A stretch of 64,000 bases of DNA from Obrimoposthia wandeli (taxonomy: Eukaryota). The notes below the pieces were generated by a model. That model was given only the letters and a program-made list of their open reading frames with translations. It ran no database searches and had not been told where the DNA came from. Where the stretch lies: NCBI GenBank assembly GCA_977020255.1, contig CDROCS010000506.1, positions 2,542,001-2,606,000 of the forward strand, given 5' to 3'. Both the position numbers and the translations under genes were made by a program. Within the stretch, counting starts at the first letter, position 1; every line of letters begins with the position of its first letter. This document shows, piece after piece, positions 11,545 to 22,100 of the stretch.

Positions 11545-11561
11545 ATAGACTGGTCGTCTAT
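11545..11561. promoter_or_regulatory. putative AcuR operator upstream of acuI
   Basis: ATAGAC-TGGTC-GTCTAT palindrome beside the acuI RBS; the same core recurs at 12336-12350. Confidence 0.7.
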
Positions 11562-11679
11562 TAAAATTTAAATAAAAATTAATGATAATGAACGGTATAT
11601 AAATAGCCGCCATATAACTGTATTAAGTTGGAAAATAATGCCTTGGCCGTTATGTTAGAACAAGGCTCATATGATCATC

Positions 11680-12324
11680 TTAGCTGGTGGCGATACTGGC
11701 GATAAACATTGCGATATATAAATCCAGCGGTTGCACTGACTCAACGAGTCGTGCACGCATTACCGCACCTTCCCAACCAATCCAAAAGTATTCAGCTTGC
11801 TGTGCACAGTTGATATCTTGCTTGATATCGCCTTGTTGCTGGGCTGTCTCTAAGCAGACTTGCATCTTGCTTTCCCACACGGCAAAGATGTTTTGTAGTA
11901 CGAGGCGATAACTGTCGGGTAAAATAGCCACTTCTTGGCCTAAATTACCAACCAGACAACCGCGCTTAAATTCAAACTTAACGATGCCTTGTTTGGCGCC
12001 ATCGGCAAATTTAACAATACGCTGTAATGGTGCGATTGATTCATCTAATAAGCACTTATCAAGCTTAGCAGCAAAATAGCTGGCGTAGTTATCAATGACT
12101 GCCTGACCGAAATCTTCCTTACTTTTAAAGTAATGGTAAAAAGATCCTTTCGGTACACCGACTTTTTTTAGAATGCCGTCGATACCTGCAGCGGCAAAGC
12201 CACTTTCAGTTAATACTTCCACACCACTGCGAATTAATAATGCGCGGGTATCGGTATTTTCACGGGCTACTTTTGGTGGCCTACCTCGGCGAGGTTTAGC
12301 TTTAATGTCTGTCATATTTTCCAT
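11680..12324 (-). CDS. acuR: TetR family regulator AcuR (NemR-like)
   Basis: RGRPPK...GIDGILKKVGVPKGSFYHYFKSKEDFG...GCLVGNLGQE...WIGWEGAVMRARL; upstream of acuI. Confidence 0.85.
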   Translation of the reverse strand: MENMTDIKAKPRRGRPPKVARENTDTRALLIRSGVEVLTESGFAAAGIDGILKKVGVPKGSFYHYFKSKEDFGQAVIDNYASYFAAKLDKCLLDESIAPLQRIVKFADGAKQGIVKFEFKRGCLVGNLGQEVAILPDSYRLVLQNIFAVWESKMQVCLETAQQQGDIKQDINCAQQAEYFWIGWEGAVMRARLVESVQPLDLYIAMFIASIATS

Positions 12325-12331
12325 AACGCCA

Positions 12332-12361
12332 ACTATAGACCGACCGTCTAGTTAATTGCAA
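12332..12361 (-). promoter_or_regulatory. acuR sigma70 promoter overlapped by a putative operator
   Basis: Minus strand TTGCAA-N18-TATAGT, then 7 nt to the ATG. TAGAC-CGACC-GTCTA at 12336-12350 lies in the spacer and overlaps the -10. Confidence 0.65.
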
Positions 12362-12419
12362 TGCGTAGATGTAAGAAAGATCCTTAAACAGGATCTTTGT
12401 TGATTTGGATCAGAAAACA

Positions 12420-12445
12420 AAAAAGACAGCCGAGGCTGTCTTTTT
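12420..12445 (-). terminator. terminator of fadL
   Basis: AAAAAGACAGC cgag GCTGTCTTTTT. Confidence 0.85.
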
Positions 12446-12470
12446 AATGCAAAGATGAATTAAGCTTGAA

Positions 12471-13733
12471 TTAGAAGCTGTAGTTCATTTGTGCTGAGTA
12501 GATGTACGCATCGCCACTTGAAGTGAATGAATTGCCTCCTTCTTCAAATGTAATGTCGTCACCTGAAACAAGTGCACCTGCGAAATCAAATGATAATGTT
12601 GGTGATGCTTTGTAAGTCATACCCGCTGTATACCAGTTACGATCTGTATCCGGTATCGCTAATGTTGATGCGCCCGCTTGTTCATCCAATGCATAACCAG
12701 CACGTAGTGTGAAAGCTTCTGACAGGTAGTATTCACCACCAATAGCATAACGACTTGAGTTACTAAAATCTTCTTCTTTAACTAGACAAGTACCTTGACC
12801 TAAACTAGTTCCTGTACCATCACAATCAGCACCTTCAGCTACGATATCACCGAAGTCAGACCAAGTGGTATACATCCAGCTATATGATACAGCGAATTTG
12901 TCGGTTAACTTGTGGTAACCAGAGACTTCTAAGATTGAAGGTAAGTTGATATCTAACGTGCCATCAACAGTTTGTTGATTTAATAGTGGTGTACGGCTTG
13001 CCATCGTTGATGATGCGATACCTGTGTAGTCGCCTTCTAGTTCAAGTTTTACTTTTGACTTATAGCTAACACCTAAACGGTTATTTTTGTTGATTTCATA
13101 TAATGCACCAACATTCCAACCAAAACCGTAACCATCACCTTCCATATCTGCAATATTCAGTGTTGGGTCTGTAAGGGCTCCGCCACTTAACCCAGGAGCT
13201 AAATCACCTGCGTTACGCTTTAATTCAGCTGTAGCATAAACAAGACTAACGCCAGCGCCTACGCTTAATTGCTCATTGATGCGATAAGAAATATTCGGGT
13301 TGAAGTTAACAGTTACAATGTTTGTAGTACCAGCGACAGAACCAGCAGCATAATCATCCGGGTATTCAGTACCAATACCATAGTTAGAATAAATCGCTAA
13401 ACCAGCGGCCAATTGCTCATTAATCGGTTGAATGTAGTACATTCCTGGTACTGCTATTGCTGGAGCAACATCATCAACATTACCTACAGTGCTTTCCACA
13501 TCAACGTCTGGAGATACATAAGAACCCACAACTGAAAGTTGGGCTTTATCAAAAGTTGCCATTAACGCAGGGTTACGTGCCAGCGATGCGGCATCGACAC
13601 CAATAGCTGCTTCACCAGCGAATGCACGACCTAGACCTGAAGCTGAATGCTCACTCGCTTGGAAACCTGCGGCATTTACTTGGCTTGCTGCAAGTAATGC
13701 TGTAACTGCTAGAGCAACTTTATTAATTCTCAT
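12471..13733 (-). CDS. fadL: outer membrane long-chain fatty acid transporter FadL/OmpP1
   Basis: Signal peptide, then AGFQASEHSASGLGRAFAGEAA...NPA; C-terminal Phe. Start at 13733 (GGTGG RBS); 13745 is an alternative. Confidence 0.93.
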   Translation of the reverse strand: MRINKVALAVTALLAASQVNAAGFQASEHSASGLGRAFAGEAAIGVDAASLARNPALMATFDKAQLSVVGSYVSPDVDVESTVGNVDDVAPAIAVPGMYYIQPINEQLAAGLAIYSNYGIGTEYPDDYAAGSVAGTTNIVTVNFNPNISYRINEQLSVGAGVSLVYATAELKRNAGDLAPGLSGGALTDPTLNIADMEGDGYGFGWNVGALYEINKNNRLGVSYKSKVKLELEGDYTGIASSTMASRTPLLNQQTVDGTLDINLPSILEVSGYHKLTDKFAVSYSWMYTTWSDFGDIVAEGADCDGTGTSLGQGTCLVKEEDFSNSSRYAIGGEYYLSEAFTLRAGYALDEQAGASTLAIPDTDRNWYTAGMTYKASPTLSFDFAGALVSGDDITFEEGGNSFTSSGDAYIYSAQMNYSF

Positions 13734-14014
13734 GTGAACCACCATATAAAATTTGAATTTATGAATGCGATATGTCAGTTCAAATAAAATGAACTTTATA
13801 AATACCCTTAAAACTTGTATTGAAATCTAAGCCTTTCGTATTAGATCGTAAAGGTATTTTTATAAGCTTTTATGACAAGTTGTCGATTAATCTAATGATT
13901 TAGAGTGTTAACACTTATATAACAAGACTTTATTTTTATTTACAATGCCAGCTTAAGTTATTGTTATGCATGTATAAATGTTCGTTTTATGTGTTTTTTT
14001 ACATACTTAAATAA

Positions 14015-14031
14015 AACTGCTCTGATCTGTT
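14015..14031. promoter_or_regulatory. candidate FadR box upstream of fadL
   Basis: AACTGCTCTGATCTGTT versus consensus AACTGGTCNGACCAGTT, 3 mismatches. Confidence 0.45.
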
Positions 14032-14253
14032 TGCAAATATGAAAAATATTACTATGGGGTATTGTGAACCGTAGAGCTAAGACTCTATAAAATAGCGTTT
14101 TTTTTACTCGTTATAACAAAAAGGTATATATTTAGAGGTATGTATAATGATTTTTATGATTTTAATGAACTATATATTTTATATGTTACATTTTTATTTG
14201 AAGGTTAAGCTCGCGATTGGGATTTAACTTGTGCTTGAAGGGGATAAATAAAG

Positions 14254-14279
14254 ATGCCATTCAATAGGATGAATGGCAT
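14254..14279 (-). terminator. terminator of the 14305-14655 gene
   Basis: 10-bp stem ATGCCATTCA/TGAATGGCAT, with a U-rich tail on the minus strand. Confidence 0.7.
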
Positions 14280-14304
14280 TAGAAGTTGGCATTATTAACC
14301 TAGG

Positions 14305-14655
14305 CTATTCACCGATATTACTTGGCTTACTCTGTTTCTTTTCTTTTAATTGCTCAGAGAATTGACCCAGTACAGTATGCATTTGCTGTAATTTACCTAG
14401 GAAGGTTGCGATCGCAACATCAAATCCGTCTTCATCTGTTTTTGGCAATGCTTGCTGATCTTCAACTAACTCTTCCATATAAGGTAGGAAGCGATTTGAA
14501 TTTGCTTTAAAGCCACTGTTTTCTGCAAAGATAGCACTGAATTTACCCATTTTACGTTTGCTTAGTAACGTTAAAAAATCATCAGCTTCGATTGCTGGGT
14601 GGTAAAAGCCTTTAAGCTGTGCAGTTAACTGTTCATGAAGTTGTTGATTTGTCAT
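14305..14655 (-). CDS. conserved hypothetical helical protein
   Basis: MTNQQLHEQLTAQLKGFYHPAIEAD...KFSAIF...GFKANSNRFLPYMEEL; no Rossmann GxGxxG motif. Start at 14655 is inferred. Confidence 0.65.
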   Translation of the reverse strand: MTNQQLHEQLTAQLKGFYHPAIEADDFLTLLSKRKMGKFSAIFAENSGFKANSNRFLPYMEELVEDQQALPKTDEDGFDVAIATFLGKLQQMHTVLGQFSEQLKEKKQSKPSNIGE

Positions 14656-14766
14656 AGCGCCGGTATTCTTATCGATAAATGGGTCGGTATTATATACCAA
14701 AGTGACTTCAAGATGCTATATAAGCGACGCTGCAGTATCATTTCTACTGTTTGTAGCGCGGTGTAA

Positions 14767-14788
14767 AAATGTGATCTAGCGCAATATT
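14767..14788 (+). promoter_or_regulatory. possible CRP site upstream of ndh
   Basis: AAATGTGATCTAG matches the left 13 nt of the CRP consensus exactly; the right half (cgcaatatt) is weak. Confidence 0.35.
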
Positions 14789-14945
14789 ACTAGCTCTGCA
14801 CCTAAAAATTATGTTCTAATGTCAGCTCAAAGGAATGAATGACAAGATAAGCATCGCTTAGTTGTATCAGTTAACTGTAGTTGAAAATAGCCAGTATTAA
14901 GGTTGTGAATACCGTTAACTGATATATCTATGAGGACGTACAAAG

Positions 14946-16241
14946 ATGAAAAAAATTCTTGTGATCGGAGGCGGTGCTGGTGGCCTTGAGCTTGCTACGC
15001 AACTGGGACGTAAATTGGGTAAAAAAGGTAAAGCACGCATTACGCTTGTTGATCGTAATAAAACCCACCTATGGAAACCGTTATTACATGAAGTGGCAAC
15101 AGGTTCACTTGATACTGGTATTGACGCGTTAAGTTATGCTGCACATGCGAAGAATCAAAGTTTTGATTTTCAGCTCGGTAGTTTCTCAGGTTTAGACCGT
15201 GATACTAAAACCGTTACCCTTGCCCCTTTATATAATGACTGTAACGAATTATTAATTGCTGAGCGTACCTTGCAATACGATTACTTGGTATTAGCGATTG
15301 GCAGTATGTGTAATGACTTTAATACCAAAGGTGTTAAAGAAAACTGCATTTTCTTAGACAGTCCAGATCAAGCACATCGTTTCCACAAAGAATTATTAAA
15401 TGCATTCTTGTTGCACGGTGCTAACAAAGATAAAGACGCCAAAGTAAACATCGCGATTGTTGGCGCGGGTGCGACAGGTGTAGAGCTTTCAGCTGAATTA
15501 CACAATACCGCATCACAATTATCAGCTTATGGTTTTACTAATGTAAATCAAGAGTCGTTAAACGTAACGCTAGTGGAAGCAGGCAAGAGTATTTTACCGG
15601 CATTACCAGCGCGTATTTCTGCTGCTGCGCACCACGAATTAACTAAAATTGGTGTGGATGTACGCACCGAAACCATGGTGACAGAAGCGAACAGTAAAGG
15701 ATTAGTGACTAAAGACGGTGATGAAATTCCGGCATCGTTAATGGTATGGGCTGCGGGTATTAAAGCACCTGATTTTATCAAAGATATTGCAGGGCTAGAA
15801 ACCAATCGTATTAACCAGATCGTGGTTAAAGGTAGCTTACAAGCCAGCCGTGATGACAGTATTTTTGTGATTGGCGATTTGGCATCGTGTACTCAAGCCG
15901 ATGGTTCATTTGTACCGCCGCGTGCGCAAGCTGCACATCAAATGGCGACGGTTGCATTTAAAAATATCATGACGCTGATGCAGGGTGGCTCAACGCTAAA
16001 ATCATTTGTCTATCATGATCACGGTTCATTGGTATCGTTAAGTAGCTTTAGTACTGTGGGTAGCCTGATGGGTAACCTGACTAAAGGCAGCATGATGGTT
16101 GAAGGGCGTATTGCTAGAATGGTGTATATTTCATTATACCGTATGCATCAAATTGCCTTACACGGTTATGTGAAAACGGGACTGATGATGTTGGTTGGTA
16201 GTTTAAACCGCGTATTACGTCCAACGCTTAAACTACATTAA
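14946..16241 (+). CDS. ndh: type II NADH dehydrogenase
   Basis: [64 protein letters not shown]. Confidence 0.97.
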   Translation: MKKILVIGGGAGGLELATQLGRKLGKKGKARITLVDRNKTHLWKPLLHEVATGSLDTGIDALSYAAHAKNQSFDFQLGSFSGLDRDTKTVTLAPLYNDCNELLIAERTLQYDYLVLAIGSMCNDFNTKGVKENCIFLDSPDQAHRFHKELLNAFLLHGANKDKDAKVNIAIVGAGATGVELSAELHNTASQLSAYGFTNVNQESLNVTLVEAGKSILPALPARISAAAHHELTKIGVDVRTETMVTEANSKGLVTKDGDEIPASLMVWAAGIKAPDFIKDIAGLETNRINQIVVKGSLQASRDDSIFVIGDLASCTQADGSFVPPRAQAAHQMATVAFKNIMTLMQGGSTLKSFVYHDHGSLVSLSSFSTVGSLMGNLTKGSMMVEGRIARMVYISLYRMHQIALHGYVKTGLMMLVGSLNRVLRPTLKLH

Positions 16242-16289
16242 TCACGATTAGATTAATGTAGTTCGGTTTAAGCGAGTGATAAGAACGTT

Positions 16290-16320
16290 AAAGGAATGGC
16301 CTGGTGGTCATTCCTTTTTT
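16290..16320. terminator. bidirectional terminator (ndh / epmB)
   Basis: AAAGGAATGGCC tggt GGTCATTCCTTTTTT. Confidence 0.85.
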
Positions 16321-16403
16321 ATTGTCTGTTCTTTATTAGCAGACTTACTTTGGCTGTGTTGTTATTGGTTCTTGTTAAATAACTCTTGTTAAATAGCTAT
16401 TTT

Positions 16404-17413
16404 TTAAATAGAAATGGGCGTTTTACTTTTCTCACCACCAATCTCTCGTACTAACTTCGGCACTAAAAATCCCGGTAAACGCAATAACAGCTCATTCATC
16501 AGAGCAACGGCTTTTTCTTCTGGTACTTCAAAATGACTGGCGCCTTCGACCTTATCTAATACATGCAAATAATAAGGTTGAATACGGTTATCAAATAGGC
16601 GCTCATGTAATTCCACTAAATCATCGGCATTATCATTAATGTCAGCTAATAATACGGCTTGGTTATATAAGTCGATCCCGGCAGCGGTGAGTTTCGCTAA
16701 TGCCGCGGGTAATTCTGCGGCTAACTCATTGGGATGGTTTATATGTAATACCACACTGCAACGCAAACTCGACTGTTTTAGCAGGGTCACGAATTCATCG
16801 GTCACACGACTCGGCATCACCACGGGTAAACGCGTATGGATGCGTAGACGCTTAAGATGTGGGATCTGTTCTAATTGTGCAACCAGCCAAGTTGTTCGTC
16901 GTTGGCCATGAGCGGATCGCCGCCACTGAAAATAACCTCGATGACCTCGGGTTTAGAACGAATATAATCGATAGCCTGTTGCCATTCGTGTTTGTTATTA
17001 CTATTTTCTTGATAAGGGAAATGTCGGCGAAAACAATAACGACAGTTGATCGCACATCCGCCACGAACAATAAAGAGTACGCGGTTGGTGTATTTGTGCA
17101 GTAATCCAGGCACGGCTGATTCATGTTCATCAAGCGGATCTTTGATGAATCCGGCCTTTTGGATGAACTCTTGTTGCTTGGGCATCACTTGCAAAAATAG
17201 TGGGTCTTTTGGGTTGCCTTTTTCCATGCGATCCACAAACGATTGCGGTACGCGCATAGGGAATAACTGTCTTGCCGCAAAATCTGCTTGGAAAGTTGTC
17301 TCGGGAAGTTCTAGTATAAAAAGTAGCTTTCTAGGATCTGAAATGGCTCTTGCTAAGTCTTTTTTCCAATTTTCCTGCATCTTTGCTCCATTTCGGGTTA
17401 TCATTTGCGGCAT
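16404..17413 (-). pseudogene. epmB: EF-P beta-lysylation protein EpmB (lysine 2,3-aminomutase), frameshifted near 16880
   Basis: 5' half (17413-16871) has CAINCRYCFRRHFPY and SGGDPL, then stops at GWLHN*. Another frame continues AQLEQIPHLKRLRIHTRLPVVMPSRVT...SKTP to 16404. Could be a real mutation or an assembly error. Confidence 0.85.
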
Positions 17414-17457
17414 TATTGAACTCTAATTATTGAAATCTATTTTTTCATGAGGATAAC

Positions 17458-18024
17458 ATGGCAACATACAAAACCAGTGATTTTAAAGGCGGTTTAAAAT
17501 TCATGCTTGATAATGAGCCTTGCTCTATCATCGAACATGATCATGTAAAACCAGGTAAAGGCCAAGCATTTCATCGCGTTAAAGTTCGTCGTTTAGTTTC
17601 TGGTAAAATGCTAGAAAAAACATTTAAGTCTGGCGAAACTGTTGAAGCAGCAGACGTAATGGAAATAGAATTAGCTTATCTATATAACGATGGCGAATAC
17701 TTCCATTTTATGAACAATGAGTCGTTTGAGCAAGTTGAAGCTGACGTAAAAGCGGTTGGCGATACGGCTAAATGGTTAGTTGAACAAGATATCTGCGTTA
17801 TTACGACGTGGAACGATAACCCAATTGCTGTTACACCTCCAAACTTTGTTGAATTGGAAGTAGTAGAAACAGATCCTGGCCTAAAAGGCGATACACAGGG
17901 TACAGGTGGCAAACCTGCAACATTGACTACAGGTGCCGTTGTTCGTGTACCTCTATTCATCCAAATCGGTGAAGTAGTTAAAGTTGATACACGTACTGGC
18001 GAATATGTTGGTCGTGTTAAATAA
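17458..18024 (+). CDS. efp: elongation factor P
   Basis: VKPGKGQAF (modified Lys), [29 protein letters not shown]. Confidence 0.99.
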   Translation: MATYKTSDFKGGLKFMLDNEPCSIIEHDHVKPGKGQAFHRVKVRRLVSGKMLEKTFKSGETVEAADVMEIELAYLYNDGEYFHFMNNESFEQVEADVKAVGDTAKWLVEQDICVITTWNDNPIAVTPPNFVELEVVETDPGLKGDTQGTGGKPATLTTGAVVRVPLFIQIGEVVKVDTRTGEYVGRVK

Positions 18025-18063
18025 GTTGATTTTACGCTAACTCAATTAGCGTTAATGAACGAT

Positions 18064-18091
18064 AAAATGCCAGTCTTTTGACTGGCATTTT
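18064..18091 (+). terminator. terminator after efp
   Basis: AAAATGCCAGTC tttt GACTGGCATTTT. Confidence 0.85.
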
Positions 18092-18142
18092 AGTTTTTGG
18101 GAAACAGGTAAAACGTTTTAGGTAATGACAACCGGAGTAGAT

Positions 18143-19117
18143 ATGAGTGAATTTAATTGGCAACCGAGTGCAAGTTTTAATGCACTTCGTGCTCGGGCTA
18201 ACGTACTAAATGTTATCCGTGAGTTTTTTGCGGCGCGAGATGTATTAGAAGTTGATACGCCAGCGCTGAGCCAAGCTGCTGTTACCGACGTACATTTAGA
18301 TACATTTAGCACGGTATTTGTTGGCCCTGGTTACAGCCAAGGTCTGCCCTTATATCTGCAAACATCACCTGAATTTCATATGAAAAGATTGCTAGCAGCA
18401 GGCAGTGGTTGTATTTACCAAATGAGTAAGTCGTTCCGTAATGAAGAAGCGGGGCGTCACCATAATCCCGAATTCACCATGTTGGAGTGGTACCGTATTG
18501 GTTTTGATCATTTTCAATTGATGGATGAAATGTCTGAATTACTGACCCTGGTACTTGGTTCTGGTAAAGAGCAGCGCTTCACTTATCAAAATGCATTTAA
18601 GCAATTTTTACAGTTAGACCCGTTAACCGCATCGATGGATGAATTACGTCAAGCGGCAAAACCGTACGGGGTTTATGACGTGTTAGAGCATGAACCTGAC
18701 CGCGACACTATCTTACAGTTATTGTTCTATGTCGGCGTAGAGAGTCAAATTGGCCAAGATGTACCGTGTTTTATTTATGATTTTCCGGCATCGCAAGCAG
18801 CGCTGGCGCGTATTAGTCAGCAAGATACCCGGGTCGCAGAGCGTTTTGAAGTGTATTTTAAAGGTATTGAACTGGCGAATGGCTTTCATGAATTAGCCGA
18901 TGCGCAAGAGCAATTACGCCGTTTTAAAGCGGATAATGACAAGCGTAAAACCATGGACTTACCCGCGCAGCCTATCGACTATCATTTGATTGATGCGCTA
19001 ACGGCGGGCTTTCCTGATTGTGCCGGTGTGGCATTGGGGATTGATCGCTTAGTGATGTTAGCGACGAATGCGAACAGCCTCGATGAGGTCATTGCTTTTC
19101 CCACACCGAGGGCATAA
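18143..19117 (+). CDS. epmA: EF-P lysyl-transferase EpmA
   Basis: [65 protein letters not shown]. Start 18143 follows GGAG. Confidence 0.97.
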   Translation: MSEFNWQPSASFNALRARANVLNVIREFFAARDVLEVDTPALSQAAVTDVHLDTFSTVFVGPGYSQGLPLYLQTSPEFHMKRLLAAGSGCIYQMSKSFRNEEAGRHHNPEFTMLEWYRIGFDHFQLMDEMSELLTLVLGSGKEQRFTYQNAFKQFLQLDPLTASMDELRQAAKPYGVYDVLEHEPDRDTILQLLFYVGVESQIGQDVPCFIYDFPASQAALARISQQDTRVAERFEVYFKGIELANGFHELADAQEQLRRFKADNDKRKTMDLPAQPIDYHLIDALTAGFPDCAGVALGIDRLVMLATNANSLDEVIAFPTPRA

Positions 19118-19144
19118 CTGCTATCTATCAGAAAAGGGTTTAGC

Positions 19145-22100
19145 TTATCTTAAGCTGCCTTTTTTCATACTCATGATATGACTGCTATCACTGACTTTAA
19201 AACCATCTTTTACCCGTAGGTCTAACTGCGGTAGGGCAATGCGAATATTATGCTCTTTAAAGACATGGGTAATACGGGTATTGAGTTCGTGAGTCATGGT
19301 TAAACGATGGCCCATTTCTGAAACATAACAACGTACTTCAAAGCGCAATGCATGTGGTGCGAACTCTATAAAGAATACTTCCGGTCCTGGGTTATCAAGA
19401 CTCAAACTGTTTTCTTCTGCACTTTCTAATAGCAGTTTAGTCACTAACTCGATATCCGAGTCAAATTCAACGCCAATATTAATGATCACACGCGTAATGG
19501 AGTCGGACAGTGACCAGTTAATAAATTGCTCGGTGATAAACGCTTTATTCGGCACAATAATTTCTTTTCTATCCCAATCGACAATGGTCGTTGCTCGAGT
19601 TTGAATTTTACTGATACTGCCGGTTAAATCACGGATCGTCACGGTATCACCAATACGGATTGGTTTTTCAAATAAGATGATTAAACCGGATACGAAGTTA
19701 GCAAAGATTTCTTGTAAGCCGAAACCTAAACCAACGGTTAATGCGGCTACTAGCCATTGCGTTTTCGCCCAATCGACGCCTAAGAAGTTAAAACCAATAA
19801 CAAAACCAATCGAGATCGTCATGTATTTGGCCAAGGTCGTAATGGCAAAGCCTGTACCAGGAGAAAGGTCAAGATGCTGTAAGAACAAGAGCTCGAGTGC
19901 ACCGGATAAATTACGTATTAATACCAAGGTCAGCACAAAAATGATAAGTGCTAACAGGCAGCTTTTTAACGTGATAGGGTCGACATACTCAACCCCGTTT
20001 AAGGTGCTGGAAGCATCCCACAAGGTGATCGTATCTAAGAAGATAAATGCACTTTGAATTTCGGACCAGAACAGCGCGTTTAATGCCATAAACAAGAGTG
20101 TTAACAAGGTTCGCAGCAGTCCAAGCGATTGCGCACTGATTTGATCTAAATCGATTTCAGGTTCTTCGATATCAAAATGATTTTCTTGGCTGGCATTTTG
20201 CCCCCCTTTTTCAACTTCTTTCACACGCTGAGCAATAATATCGATACGTTTGGCTTTAGCACGCTCAAAAGCAAGGCGGCGTTTTTGCAAATGCATGCCG
20301 CGGCGGATCAAGTAATAACTTAATAAAAAGAATAGCCCCATTAACAGCGAAGACTCCATCTGCTTTAACAATACTTGGGCGGTATAAAGATAACCCATGA
20401 TTGCCATGATCGCAGACGCCACGGGTGCCAGAATAAATGCAGTCCAAATGGTGTGATGGACAATGTGAGGCTTATCATTATTCTTTTTCTGATAGGTTAA
20501 CGGCAGCTTTTCACGATACAAACGGTAATAGAATTGCACCAATGCACCACAGGTAATCACAAAAGCTAGGCGGCCGAGTGAACCGTCATAGGCTTGTTCT
20601 GGATATTGGTAACACAGCACTTGGATAATGTACGCCGGCCAAGAGATAAAAAAGAGTACTTGGTAATAACCCCAAACCTTAGCGATACGGTGTTTATCCA
20701 TTTTCAAATGGATCTGCAGTAGCCCTTTATGCCGAGTCAGGTTACGCATGAACAGGTAGATAACTAATAAAAATAGCGAGTCTTGTAACGCATGACCAAT
20801 ATTGACGGCAAACGGGTATTCCCATGCGTTAATGAGTAGTTCGGTCGTAACAAAAAGGGAGAGCGGTAAAATTAGTGCATCAGCAAGTGAGTAGGCTAAA
20901 TTACGCAGGGTATAAGCAAACTTATCTTGGGTTACTTTACCTACTTTTGGTGATGTTTCGGCAATATGCTTGGTAAAGTATTTATTTAAAGGTGTGCGTA
21001 AATAAGTCAGGCCTAGAATTAACAATGCGGCAAGGCTTAACGTCCCTAATGGTGTCGAGAATATAGCTTGTGGAATAGTAATGCTGTTATCGATTGAGGT
21101 AAGCCAAAGCATACTCGAAAATAGCTCGGTAATACTTTGCGTGCCCAATAAGGGAATGCTTGGAACCCAAAATAAATGCTCATCCGCTTGCTGTTTAATT
21201 TGTACTAACGTGCTATTCATTTTGCTATAACTGACTTTTAACTTTGCTTGCTCGTAAATGTGGTTATCTAGGCTAGAAATCAGTTTGCTGAGTAACAGTC
21301 GACGTAACTCAATAAAGCGTAACAAGCTGGCTTGCTCTTCTGTCGTGAGTGTCTTTGTCGTTAATGGCAGACTGTCTAATTGTGTGAGCATTTTTTGATA
21401 GCGAAATCGTGATAAACGACTTTCGACAATCTCATTTTCTAGTTTGGTTAATGGCGGCTCAGTAGGGAGACTGCTGACCTGCGCACGTAAGTTTTCACCA
21501 AACGCTGAGCTTATTTTTAGCCATTCAACTTGTTCATTAAAGTTAATTAAAGTGGTCGTGAGCGCATCCACTTGTTGGCTAACGGCATGCTGCTTATCTT
21601 GAATGGTTTCGTTATTTGCTGAGACAATTTCGAGTGCGTTAGACAGTTCTTGGTTGATTTCAAGTTGCAGCTGTAAAAAAGGTGAACTAATCAGTGATGA
21701 ATCATTGATCTGCTTGCTACGCGCAATCGCATCTTCGGTTTCTTTACGCAAGATGTTATTTCGTAACTCAGTCAATGTGGTGAGGTAGAGGCTAACGTCT
21801 TTTTGTTCTAATAAGTTTAAACGACGATTGAGCTGGGCTAATTCACTGCGGTTGCTGGCACTGAGCTGCTCAAGTTCCAGCATTTGGATCTGAGTTGATA
21901 GTGATGACAGTTTGATTTGCAGCGAGATGCGTAAGGCTTCTTGCACAGCGTTTAAGTTGATGTCACTGCTACTGCTGCCAACTAATTTATCGTGTTCTTT
22001 TTGAGTATCGGTTAATTGACCGCGTATGTGCTCGATATCAGTCTGAAATGAACTAATCCGAATTCCGATCGTCGTGAGTTCACTACTGCGTGCCTGTTGT

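Noticed and set aside
14140-14208. 22-codon Tyr/Phe-rich sORF (MYNDFYDFNELYILYVTFLFEG)
   Set aside because: GAGG is only 1 nt from the ATG, the composition is expected from very AT-rich DNA, and no downstream biosynthetic gene exists for attenuation. Ribosome profiling would be needed.
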